A stretch of DNA of 63,401 nucleotides from Octopus bimaculoides (Eukaryota). The stretch covers positions 5,330,173 through 5,393,573 of the forward strand of contig NC_068988.1 of the NCBI RefSeq assembly GCF_001194135.2, written 5' to 3'. Under the pieces are notes generated by a model. The model worked only from the letters and a program-made list of their open reading frames with translations. It was not told the DNA's origin and did not search any database. The position numbers and the translations under genes were made by a program. Below are positions 48,832 through 61,070 of this stretch, one piece after another (within the stretch, counting starts at the first letter, position 1; every line of letters begins with the position of its first letter).

Positions 48832-49375
48832 TTGAAGTGTACAGTATAATATATCCATTATGGCTGATCTTACTGATCAATTTCACACTAGACGTTCAAT
48901 GGAGTGTTAGGTAACAGTTCTATCATGTAACCCTGCACTCTTCAGAGATGGCAAGTGCTATCTCTGAAGAGTGCAGAGTTACTTAATTGAACCCTTAGTG
49001 CAAAACTGGTTGGTAAGATCCCCCATTAATGGATATATTGTACTGTACACTTTAATTAATATACCCACTCTACTGACAAATGTACAAGTGCATTTTTACC
49101 TAATCTTTGGATTCTTAGACAGCTATATATATATATTAGCTGTATGTGTGTAAGTGCTAAATAAAGTGCACAGCATAACAATTGTATTAAAAATTTATGT
49201 TCTATTATACTCCAAAATAGATGCTAAGGAAGAAAATTCATGTTATTACAGATAATTCCATGTTACACTTCTGTTGGTCATAGTAGTCATTGTACAACAA
49301 AGGAGAATGTAGAGTGAAATTATATCACCTTCATATGTTTCAATGATAATTATTTTTGCCTGATTTTTATGTGTC

Positions 49376-49582
49376 AAGGCAGCAAGCTGTCAGAAATGTT
49401 AGCACACTGGGCGAAATACTTTGTCTGCATTTACGTTCTGAGTTCAAATTCCGCCGAGGTTGACTTTGCCTTTCATCCTTTCAGGGTCAATAAATTAAAT
49501 ACCAGTTGCATACTGGAGTTGATCTAATAGACTGTCCCCACTCCCCCAAAATTTCAGGCCTTGTGCCTAGAGTAGAAAAGAT
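49376..49582 (+). mobile_element. MetaSINE-like copy, near full length
   Basis: aaggcagcaagctgtcagaa head...gttctgagttcaaattccgccgaggttgactttgcctttcatcctttcagggtcaataaattaaataccagtt...aaatttcaggccttgtgcct. A partial copy is also present at 43740-43860. Confidence 0.82.
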
Positions 49583-50099
49583 TTTTTTCTGTGTCAAATT
49601 AATTTTACATGATGTTTTTTTTTCTTTGTGTCAGCCACTTCATCAGAAGTATTATTCAAAAGATGTGATCTGTATAACCAAGTGGTGCTATTAAGTTAGA
49701 CATCTCCTGGACCTATACTGACCAAAACCTATCATCATCATCATCATCATCATCGTTTAACGTCCGCTTTCCATGCTAGCATGGGTTGGACGATTTGACT
49801 GAGGACTGGTGAAACCGGATGGCAACACCAGGCTCCCAAGGTTATATATTGATAAATATTTATAGTTTTCAAATTCTATTGCAAATATGTAACTAAATTT
49901 TTTTAAAACCATATATTGAATGGCATCTGCCAAAAAATTCTCAATAACTTGTAAAAGGTTGATAGTTGCAATAGAGACTTTAGCCTCTCTCTATCACCTT
50001 TCAACAAAATTACATATTAAGAAACAGTAGAACAATTAACAACATAATAAAATAAGTTTTATTTTTGGTGATGCTTGGCTTTACAAATCTTGTGTCATT

Positions 50100-50345
50100 C
50101 AGCCTAGCAGCCGCTGGTTGACTTGTAATCGGCATCTGGATATTAAGAGCTTCGTTGAGGCATGCCAAAGGAGCAAGTAGTTGTCATGTCAAAAGCATCG
50201 CGCTAAAGAGGCTTAGAAAGCGCGCAAAGCGCTTTAAGTACTGGTTTTACTACGCATGCACACTCGAGGGGCTTCCGGGAAGGCAAGTCCCTTGTGCATG
50301 CGTAGATTGTACTTCCTTAATGGCGGCCATAATTTCGCGCCACTA
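50100..50345. other. CpG-rich structured island of unknown function (promoter-like and/or ncRNA hairpin)
   Basis: Locally GC/CpG-rich, with a 13-bp perfect inverted repeat plus an 8-bp inner stem, and E2F/YY1/ETS-like motifs. It does not resemble the repeat families in this window. Confidence 0.45.
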
Positions 50346-52379
50346 CAAACTAAATTTTTATAGTTGCCATTATCATCTTTTTTAATCAGATATATTTGCA
50401 GCAGTTATTGATAAATTAACCATCTTAAAGATGGTTGAGTCTTCAGCAAGGAAGAAGACAATGGTAACTCTAGTATTTCTTCATTTTCATACATGCAAAC
50501 AGGCACTCCTACACAAAATCCTTCCTGCTAAAATGTCCTTTTGTTTGTTTGTTTTTTGCTTGGGATGGGGGATTGACAAAATCATAAGAATGTCGAACAA
50601 AATGTATTATTATATTTAACTATGGCTCAAATTTCGTTGAACTCAACCTTTGCCTTTCATTTAACAAAATGCTCCTCTTAAATTTTTGATCTTCTACACA
50701 TATTAGAAGTTATTATTTTATGAGAAAAACTGGGTATAAGAGGCATCAGATGTAGTGTGCAGCAAAGAATACTGCATTGGTAAGGTCATGTGATAAGTAT
50801 GGATGAAGACAGCTGCATAAAAAAAGTGCTAATCTCTAAACATAGAGGAACCTGTTAAATAGGAAGCCCAAGGAAAGCATGAGACAAAGTGATGAAAAAT
50901 GATCCTCAGATGTTGATCCTCACAGATGAAATGGCAAAGGACAGATGTTTGGTGATTTGCTGTGCTTGAGAGGACCTGTCCGGCTAACTAAAATTAAGGC
51001 CATAAAGGCATGTCCTTATGTCCATTCCCCTGCTCACAATCAACACCTGACAAATCTTTTCCCCACAACCCATCTCTCTCCTCCCTTCTTACTCTCAAAA
51101 ATCCACCTCCACACAATATGTCCCTGTTGAACCTCTCCCCCATAATATATTCTCCTAACACCCCGCTCTCTGTTCGTGTCCACTCACTACTTTCCTTCCC
51201 TTCCACCTCCCACCCGCCTTTCACAGTCTTGCGAACTTACTCACTTTATCTAATCCCTGGATCCACTTATATACACTCTCCTGTAACTTGAGTGAACCCA
51301 ACTCCTTGTCACATCTTCATCATCTTCTCTCTCTCTCTCTCTCTCCCCAACTGAGGTAGCCATGTATCTCTTTTGCTGCAAGAAAATCTGGCCTTCTATT
51401 CATGCTCTAACCACTTATCACCTAGCACAAACCCACCATCTTTCTTTACCTCTCATTCCTCAGGTGATGAGCATCCTTCTGACTTGCCAGCTCCTGTCAA
51501 ACTGTCCAATCCATGCTAGCATGGAAGGAGAACGTCGGATGAAGATGATGATGATTTCAAACTATGTAAGCTTCACTCAATATATATTCAATTTATAATA
51601 CTTGATGCCTTGTACATTGATTTTAGGAACGTCTCTTTGCTCTATGCCCACTTTCAGAGTTAATCCAAGTAATTGTGAATTTGTTGAAGCCAGAAAGTGA
51701 AATGGGTAAAAAATATTAAGCAAAAATGAAAAAGTGGAGTAATCAAAGAAGACTGTTACCACTGTCTTCAGTTGCAAGTGACTTCTGTTCATTTCTCTGA
51801 ATTACAACTCATCATCGTCATTTTACGCCTGTTTTTTCCTGCATGGGTTGGATAAGTTATGGTGAAAATCAAGTTATTGCTTTCCTAAATGAGCTGGGGA
51901 TGATACTCTTGTATATTTGACTTTTAGCAAAATTTCTATGACTGGATGCCATTCATAATGCCAACTACTTTACAGATTGTACTGGATATATTTTCACGTG
52001 GCTTCAGTATTAGAGAGGCAGCCTTATTCCTAACAAAACTAGAATTCTGACTACATTGTTTCTTTTCATTCAATGCTGGGAAGGTTACCGAAGAGAAAAG
52101 AATGAGAGAGATAGAGAGAGGATAATCAAAGAAAGAATTGTAGAAAAGAGGAGAACTGGAACCCATGCTGATTTTCGATGCAGGTCTTGCTTATTAAAAG
52201 TGTCTTACAGTATATAGCAATGATTTTTAATCATTTTCCCCTCTGTGACACACAGAATAAAGCATAGAAATTTTTAATGGGACAGTGAATAAGGTACAAA
52301 AAGTTTACAACACATTAACTTTGTATTTAAAAAAGCAATTCCGGTTAAACAGAGATGGGTGTCTCCATTGCTTTTTGTC

Positions 52380-52852
52380 ACAGAAAACACATGCATCGAT
52401 ATGGTGTATTAAAAACACTCGGGTCTTCTCCATATCTAGTCATTTTCTGACTCGCTTCCAAAATACCTCACGGCTATATTCAACCCAATGATTAAACCAC
52501 CATCGAAATCAGCTTATTAAAAAAATTCACACGATACATCTTTTCATAATACACCGCGTAATAAAGAAACAGTTTTGTAAACATTCATTTAGTAAATCCA
52601 TTTACGATAAATAACAAAATACATTTTAATTCAATAAAAATAATAATATTTTTATTTTTAACAATAGTTAACATATTTTAATAGTTTCAAAATATAACAG
52701 AGAAAAACCAAATAAAAGATACGAAACTTTGTGAAACCTGTTTCCAATCTCCTCTGAAGGTCAAATTCTGTCACGAGATTCTTGGAGTTTCTTCCAGAAA
52801 ATCTTCTGAATTTCTTTTTTCTCTGATTTTGGTCGAAGTTAATTTCATAAAA
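52380..52852 (+). promoter_or_regulatory. ATP6V1E1 proximal promoter / 5'UTR
   Basis: Local CpG retention immediately upstream of the ATG, with a pyrimidine-rich stretch at 52802-52830. The TSS is unknown. Confidence 0.5.
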
Positions 52853-52885
52853 ATGGCTTTGAGTGATGCCGACGTTCAAAAACAA
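52853..52885 (+). CDS. ATP6V1E1: V-type proton ATPase subunit E, coding exon 1 (33 nt)
   Basis: aaaATGG start, MALSDADVQKQ, then donor gtaagt. This is the highly conserved V-ATPase E N-terminus. Confidence 0.93.
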
Positions 52886-53514
52886 GTAAGTTCAAAAAAC
52901 ATTTCTTTCTTTCCTGATATTATTTCAAAGAATTAACGACGATAATTCCCTTACTTCCAACTTTCTCTTATTTTTTTTTCCTTTTAGAGGCGGATTTCTA
53001 GTAAAGGACCCCTTTTCACCCCCTCATAACTTCATTTCTTAAATTCCATTTAATATTTCAAGTCTATTACCAAATAAACTGATACTAATATAGCACTTCT
53101 AAATAATATTTGTTGCTTGTAATTAATAAATCAAGTCGCAGCATTTTTGGTTGACTGAAATCCTGTTTCAATTTTTTAATTTATTTTTGATAGAATTCGT
53201 CGTAATTTGTAATTGTATTCTATGTATTTAGGGTTTCTTCTGTTTTATTAAACTCTAGGCACTCACTTAACTTAATTATTTACTAATCATCAAATCTTAT
53301 AGATTAATGAGTTGATAAGATGAGAATTTAAATCTTCGATGAAAGAGAAAAAAAGCCTAATTAGCTTTAATGAAAATTCTATTCATCATGCGAGACAGTA
53401 GTAACAACTTTAAATTTATATTTTCCAATATCATTATTGTCTTCTCAAGAAATTATTTTCTCCCTCAACATTAATCCTGTTATAGTCTGGTGTTAGACAA
53501 GTTCGTTGAGAAGA

Positions 53515-53656
53515 TCGATCGGTAATTTTTCAGATTAACACCCACACGATCTTCACTGGGGTGTTAGGGTTATGGTTACGGTTAGGGATGGAATTCCGTA
53601 ACCCTAACACCCTAGTGAAGATCGTGCGGGTGTTAATCTGAAAAATTACCGATCGA
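53515..53656. repeat. Foldback inverted repeat with 58-bp arms and a 26-nt loop containing TTAGGG-like units
   Basis: Arms 53515-53572 and 53599-53656 are complementary except at 53544/53627 (A:C) and 53558/53613 (G:T). Confidence 0.95.
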
Positions 53657-54341
53657 ATAAGATTTAAACTTGTACGGAATCTCAGCATTTAACGTCTCTG
53701 ATTAATTTTTTATAAATTTCAATTTCGAACTTTCCATCCTACCTCTCCTCGCAGGAATTTCTTTACCCTTCACTTAACTGAATATATTTTATGCAGAAGG
53801 CATCTCAGGGAAATTGTTCAGTATCATTTGTATATTAAAATGCCTTTTGAACACAGTGTTGTTTGTTGAATTTCTTTATTGATGTATTAAATTATTATCT
53901 GTTTATTAGCTCTTTGCTGACTCCTCCAGAATCTTCGTTTTAATTTGATCCTTTACAATATAATTCACTGCTTCCCTTTTATTTTTAATTTGTTAGATGT
54001 ATTTTTAAAATATTCGACCAAGTCTATCGATTGTAGCCCCTCCCCTTAAAGGAGGTTAACTGGGTTCACTTGGCAGAACGTTAATAAATAACTCGGCCGA
54101 ACTAATTCAGTTCAGTTTATTTTAACTTTAAAAAAATGTTCGTTGTGTAACATTTCATTATTTACTCAAAACTTCAGTTACTGAATTGAGTGTTACTACT
54201 TTGTGTAACCTATAAAGTACCTTTACTCACAGTAGAGGGTCAGTACCTTGACTCTGGCAGTAGAGGGGAAATTTTATTTTCCTATTCTCTACGTTTTACT
54301 CTCAGAATCATGGAAAGCAAATCCTATATCATGACATGAGC

Positions 54342-54372
<31 letters not shown>

Positions 54373-54819
54373 CATCTGCAGTTTTAACATGAAAAATAAT
54401 TATTCAAACATATTCTCTCCATCTCGTTATCCATGCACACAAGGATCATTAACTTTTGTCATCCATGCCAAACCCCTCTTCATAGTTTGTTCACCAAACA
54501 CATTTTCTAATCTTTCCTTTCTAAATTTGTAACCCTCTATAATACTTTAAGCTCACTTATTGATAATGATGTAACTTTTTGATATTTCGGCATACTTCAA
54601 GTTACATAGTTGCCAAAATCTAAACCAGCTTTGATAATTTTCATGAACATTGAAAATATAAACAGTCAATGGTGCACAATTTACTGTTACTAGTCGTCCT
54701 AGCTAAACCTACTGTCACAAACTATCGTAGCTTACAGTTACATATCTTTCTTTGTTACATCATTGCTGCTTATTCTTCAAGCCATTTTGCAGCTTCTACT
54801 CTACAAACCATGTAGCCTC

Positions 54820-55600
54820 ATCATCATCATCGTTTAATGTCCACTTTCCATGCTTGCATGGGTTGGACGGTTTGACTGAGAACTGGCAAGCGAGAACGCT
54901 GCACCAGGCTCCAATCTGATCTGGCAAGGTTTGTACAGCAGGATGCCCTTCCTAATGCCAACCACTCCTAAAGTGAAATGGGTGCTTTTTATGTGCCACT
55001 GGCATGTTAGCCAGTCAGGTGGCATGGGCATCAGTCACGCTCGAATAGTTTTTTACATGCCACAGGGATGGGTGCCAGTCAGGCAACACTGGCATCGGTC
55101 ACATTCGAATGGAGCTTTTTATGTGCCACCGACATGGGTGCCAGTCAGGCGACATTGGCATTGACCACGACTATGATTCCACTTGGTTAAACAGATCTTC
55201 TCAAGCACAGCCCATCTCCAATGGTCTTGGTTGCTTGTCTGAGGCCCAGTGTTCGAAGGTCATACTTCACCACCTCATCCCATGCCTTCCTGGGTCTACC
55301 TCTTCCACAGATTCTCTCTACTGTTAGGGTGTGATGCTTCTTCACACCGCTGTCCTCATCCATATGTAACACAGGACCATACCAGCCCAGTCGTCTCTCT
55401 CTTGCACACCACATCTGATGTTTCTGATGTCCCACTTTTCTCTCAGAGTGCTTACACTCTGTCGTGTATGCACACTGACATTAGACATCCAGCAGAGTAT
55501 ACTAGCTTCATTTCTTTCAAGCCTACACACTCATTTTGCCCATTTAAACAACATAAATGCAGCTTTGTAATGAAACTCTCCATTCAGCTTGTCTCACCAT
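54820..55600 (-). mobile_element. RTE LINE 3' end in ATP6V1E1 intron 1
   Basis: ORF 55187-55435 reads RERRLGWYGPVLHMDEDSGVKKHHTLTVERICGRGRPRKAWDEVVKYDLRTLGL, with the RTE 'RLRW.GHV' and 'GRPRKTW' motifs, plus the tail. Confidence 0.87.
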
Positions 55601-58089
55601 GAGATAGCAGCTTAACTTAACAATAGTCAAGTTATCAACCTTTATTATATGACATTAAAAACTACTAAATAACAAAAAATGAAGATTTATTCTCATAAAC
55701 TTTGACATATCACATAAACTAATGTATCACTGACTATTTTAAATCGACTCTCATTGTCTTCCATATTGAATATATGAACTGCTGTTTTAACTTGAGCTGT
55801 GGGTTTTCATGTAGCAATATGAACTATCATTTGTATTGTCATTGAATCACATTGTACATTACTTTAATGGTTATTATCTCACCAATTAGATTGGGCTGGT
55901 CTAAAGGCTATTAGTGGAAAGACAGAAATAGAACCTTGTGTGTGTATGTGTAATTATGTTTCTTGCTGTTTTTCCTGTTCGACATTTTATATCACATCAT
56001 CGTAAACACTTATTTCTAAGGATCAACCATTATGTTTCAGTTGACTCAAATCATCATCAGGTGTCTTCATAATACCAGGCTGAAATCAAAGCACAAATCC
56101 ATTTCTAAACTGAACAATGTTATTATTCTTAATTTGAGTTCCCATTAAAAATCCAGTCCAATACAATGTACACTTCCAGGATTAAGACATTCAATGATGA
56201 TTAAGATCAAACTGATAATCTTAATTCATCTCATTTAAGCTTAGATTTGTGACATGTTTTATTTGTATTGAATTAATCATCATCGTCCTTTAATGTTTGT
56301 TTTCCATGTTGACATAGGTTGGACTGATTGACAGGATCCAGTGACCTGTTGGCTCCAATGTTAGCTTAGGTATGGTTTCTGTGGCTGGATGTCCTTCCTA
56401 ATGCCAACCACTTTTTCAGAGTATACTGGTTGCATTTTTTGTGCCACTGGCACAAGCAAGGTTGCCAAATAACTTGCAAGAAAAGGAAGGTTGGAAGGAA
56501 AAGAAAAAGGAAAAGGCCTCTTGAAGTAAATTGGGGAAAGGAGAAAAGCAATGGTTCTATGTTGGATGTTGAGAGGTTACAGTAGCCCAAATAGCTTGTA
56601 ATAGAGATACAAGGCCAACCTCACATTGTATACGGGTGGGAGTAGCTGGAAAGAGGACTAAAGTGGTGGTGGGATACTGGAGCATCTCAAGATGCAGTGG
56701 ATCATGGGGGCGGGCAGGGTTAGAGGTGAAAGTAGCAAGTGATGCTACAAGATATAGGAATGGATCAGAGGAACCAGGATAAATGAGGCATAGAGAATGA
56801 TAACAGTAAGAGAGAGATTTACTACCTTTTGATTTCTTTCACAAATTACCTCTTTACTTTTGAAGCAGATAAAAATTTATCAGAGACTAAAAGCATGATT
56901 GTTTGCCAGGATAGGAGTTGGTCTTTTCTTGTATTTAAGATTACAGATGTTGATTTTCTGGCGAGATATCTGGTGGGGAAAATTGATTTGAGAAAAAATT
57001 TATAATTTAAATATCAGTGAGATGCAAAGAAATGGCTTACAAGAGTTACTCAATATATATAAAATCTACAAAAGCTTTTTTAATTTCATTAAATCTTAAA
57101 GAAGAGATGGAGAATAATTGATATCAAAAAAATGAGAAAGTGAAGTTGATTAGTGTAAAATGTAAATGTGTAGTTGATTGGGAAAACCTGGGAATATAGT
57201 TTTATATTGAAATATTCTATAAAACCTAGACAGCATTAAATTTTTATGGTGCAGGAGGTAGAAAGTGAAATAGTTGAAGTGTAGTGAATAGTTTAAAGTG
57301 GAAAGTGCAAAGTCCATCTAAATAAGATGCAATGAAGGTTTTGCACAATGTTCAACTTAGATTGGATTGCTGTTAGTAAGAAGAGATTGTTATTGCTTAA
57401 TATAATTAAGGGTGCTGGTGAAACTGATATATTGCCCCCAGATATTAGAACAATAAACTATTATGGCATCTTTGAGCCTTGTAGATAAAAGTACTCAGTG
57501 TTCAAGTACCACTTCCTTCTGAGAGAAAGCTACGTTTCTTTGATATAGTTTAGCAATGCTAAAAAGTGTAAAACATTTCTTGAAACAATAGCATTAATGG
57601 ATATGATAAAATGTTGCTAGTGTGGAGGGAATTTTATGTCCCAATAGCATTTGTGAGCAATTCATTGATATATCTTAGTGTTGTATTGTTTGGAACTTCA
57701 TTGGATGGTTCTCTCCGTTAACAAAAGAGATATACAAGCATTTATAGTCTTTATATACACACATATATGTTTATAGATTGACAGACAGACGGACAGATAG
57801 ATTGCATTAATTTTGTTTTGATACAGTATAATTAACATACAATACTTTCTATTGTATGTTTTTAAATGCTTATCATTTGCTTTTAGTGCAACAAACTTAC
57901 AACTTAACATTCATAAGAAAAGCTATTGTTCTTTGATATTCTTATTAAATTACTCTCCACTAATTACATTCAATGCCAGCTGTTGCAGCCATGTTTTCTA
58001 AGCCATTGTTTTGTATTTGAAGTTTATTGAATTTAGTCGACTGTCTCTACAATGTCAATAGAAATCCTATTACCTAAACTTTGGTAATA

Positions 58090-59380
58090 GATATGTAGAG
58101 AGATGTCGTCCGGAAGGTGAGAGTAAGCAATAGGTACAGTAATGGATTTAGAATATCAGTAAGGGGTCCATCAGGCTCAGTTCTCAGTCCTTCCTATTTT
58201 AGTTCTCCAAGCCACAAGAGAGGAGGAGATTAAGATGAGTTTTCATAGCTGAATCTGTAGTGGAATTGGAGAAGAAATTCCAGACTTAGAATGAAACCTG
58301 GAATTAGGAGGCCTCAAAGTGAACTTAGGAAGGACTAAGGTTGTAGTAATTAGGAAAGAAGACAGCAGTCTGCTTTAATCAGAGAACTGATTGTGATTGA
58401 TATGTAGAAAAGGAATTAGGCAGCAATTCTAAATGGTATGTCCAGTGTAAATTGTGAATGTCGTGGAATCACAAACAGGTTAACAGAGAAGGTAGACTTT
58501 GTATGTGGCTGATACAAATAAAAGCACATGAGAAATGGTTTCTAGATGACTTCATTAGCAATGGAGGTGAATGTTTCAAAAGTATAGTAGTCAGAATAAG
58601 AACAGAAAAAGTTCAGGGAGTTTTTACTTTTTTTGGCTACAAGGAGTTTCTTTCTCAGAGTGAAAAGTAAATTGTATGATGCTTGTGTATAAACTGTGGT
58701 GCTGCATGGTAATGAGCCTTGAATTTCTGAGGACAAGACAGAAAGGAAGCAAGCATGCTGAACTAACATTGGTGTGCATGAATGATGGAGTGCAAATGAG
58801 GTGAGAGGAAATCTGGATGTAAGAAGTACAAAGGAGAAAACTTCCCCAAGATGGCCATGTGATGCATATGGAGGATGACAGTTGTATAAAGAAGTGCAGA
58901 TTGCTCAAAGTCGATGAAACCTTGTTGTCAAATGGAGTCCATATAAGATTTTTGGGGGTCCATGCAACAAGATAGTCAATTGGGTATCCAGAATGGTATT
59001 TTAATGGCTCCACTTTAGATGTAAGCATTGGTACGTATTGCAAGAAACAGTTTCTTTCTCTAACATTTTACATGGTTCAACCGACACAAGTTAATGTGTG
59101 AAAAACAGAATAGGAATTTTGAAAGAAATGTTGGGGTGGGGTCCATCAAAATAACATAGTAATCAAAGGGGTCCATAGATAAAAAAAAATGGTTGAGAAC
59201 CCCTGCTGTAGAAGGAGACTTAGGAAGATATGGATTGAATTGGTGAAGATTGATCTCAAGATGTTGAGTCCCACAGAGATGCTGACACAGGACAGATATG
59301 GTTAGCAATATGCCTGACTGGAGAAGATTTGTTCATCCCTAAGCCATAGCAAAATGAACATTAAAAACTGATGATAATGA
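58090..59380 (+). mobile_element. Decayed RTE LINE 3' half interrupted by a hAT-like insertion
   Basis: HQGSVLSP, DEFHSxICSG (FxYLG region), KLYDACVxTVVLHG and WPCDAYGG (WYGHV remnant). The RTE sequence resumes at about 59206. Confidence 0.7.
58925..59205. mobile_element. Partial hAT-type MITE, right TIR only
   Basis: Ends ggttgagaacccctg followed by ctgtagaa and has repeated ggggtccat subterminal motifs. The left TIR was not found. Confidence 0.55.
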
Positions 59381-60149
59381 TATAAGGTGATGGTAAGGGA
59401 AGCATCTATATTTGGATTTCTTGCCCAGTAGTCCTAGTTAAGTGCTCATTCATCTCACATTCACCTTCTCTTCTATCCTCTGTACAATACAGCTCGTGCA
59501 ACTAGAAATGATATTTTCCCTCTATGACCCACCCGTTTCACCAACATTTACTCATCTCTATTCACTACAGTGCCACCCACGTAACAAGGGTTGTATTAGA
59601 CTTGGGTACATTCAATCCCAACAACTTTATCACTTACGTATTCATTATATTCTTCCATGACTCCATCTTACCATTGGACCTCTCTATTACTATCCATAGC
59701 ATTCACTCTTCTTCAGCAAAAAACCCTCCAACACCATTTTAACTATCATTCTCTCACTCCTTCTATTCACCTTCTGAGTCGATGCCTTTTGAGGGGACAA
59801 ACAACTCACAGAATAACGATGACTCTTTACACAGTACAAGGCAATGTCTCTAGTGCTGGTGCTATCATAAAATACTCCCGGTACACTCTGTAAAGTGGAT
59901 GGTGTTAGGAAGGGCATCCAGCCATAGAAACCAAACCAAAAATGAAATGCACAGGCAAAATCTGGTCGTCTGATCCATCTGGGAGACTGAAGAAGACTTG
60001 ACAAGATATTGGTGAGGAAACTATCCCAAGATAATAATCTGATGAAAGAGATTTTGGAGGACCATGTCAACTGGTGATAAGTGATGCTGCAAAAGGCTGA
60101 GCCCCTAAAATACTGGGGTAGTGATGATAGCTGGGATATATATAGACAT

Positions 60150-60183
<34 letters not shown>

Positions 60184-60979
60184 ATGGCTGAGCCTTTGCT
60201 GATGCATACCCTCACATCTCCCCAATATCTCTTTTCCTATCTACTCTACCTTCTCATCTCCTTATCTCTTCTATTCACTATACCATGTCACCTGTAACTA
60301 AGAGGAAAGCAAAGTGTATCCAATACCTATCCCCTATCTCTCATATCTGAGTGATTTGAACTCTGTATGTTACTGCTTTTTAAACTCAGAATTATAAACA
60401 AGGAACTAGATACCATACATCTAAACCAGAGTTCTACCTTCTGTGGCAACTCTACCAATCTGATAACTTTTGGTATTTATTGAATCAACTCCAATAAGGT
60501 TTGAACTTATAGATGAATACATCAAATACCATTGGACATTATGTCCAACATTTGACTATTTTTGCTGTTCCACTTCCTTCAAATAATAATTCAGATCACT
60601 GCTGAAAGAACTCTTATACATTTGATGGATCAAACACTTGTTTTTTTATCAAAAGCCAGGAAAAATTATCACTGCAATTTTTGCTGCTGGTCTCAGACTT
60701 ATTGCGACAGTCTTTAAGTAAGATGGCATTATCAACATGGTAGGTATGAACACTGAACAAACCAGAGTGTAAAATCATTTTCCATACACCTTTTGATGAT
60801 TACTGAGTTGCTTTTGTTTATATTATAGAAACAGGTTGCAGAAACTTAGTTTCTAGAAAGTTCTAGTATAACTTGTTAAACAAATATTTCTTTTCAATGA
60901 GAGGGCTTTATTTACTCCGCTCATTCTTCAGTATCTCAGATTTCAGACATATCTAATTGTATTTTTTATTGTAACTTAT

Positions 60980-60986
60980 TACTAAC
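60980..60986 (+). promoter_or_regulatory. Consensus branch point TACTAAC of ATP6V1E1 intron 1
   Basis: TACTAAC ends 18 nt before the last base of the intron (AG at 61003-61004), followed by a T-rich tract. Confidence 0.75.
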
Positions 60987-61004
60987 ATATTTTTTGTTTT
61001 TTAG

Positions 61005-61070
61005 ATTAAACATATGATGGCCTTTATAGAACAAGAAGCTAATGAAAAGGCTGAAGAAATTGATGTAAAG
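61005..61070 (+). CDS. ATP6V1E1: V-type proton ATPase subunit E, coding exon 2 (66 nt); gene continues beyond the window
   Basis: tttag|IKHMMAFIEQEANEKAEEIDVK|gtgagt, in frame with exon 1. The expected next exon (AEEEFNIEKG...) was not found before 63401. Confidence 0.95.

Noticed and set aside
50161-50310. RNase P/MRP-like motif (gggaaggcaagtccc)
   Set aside because: The CR-I match is loose, and no CR-V or P4 pairing partner was found.
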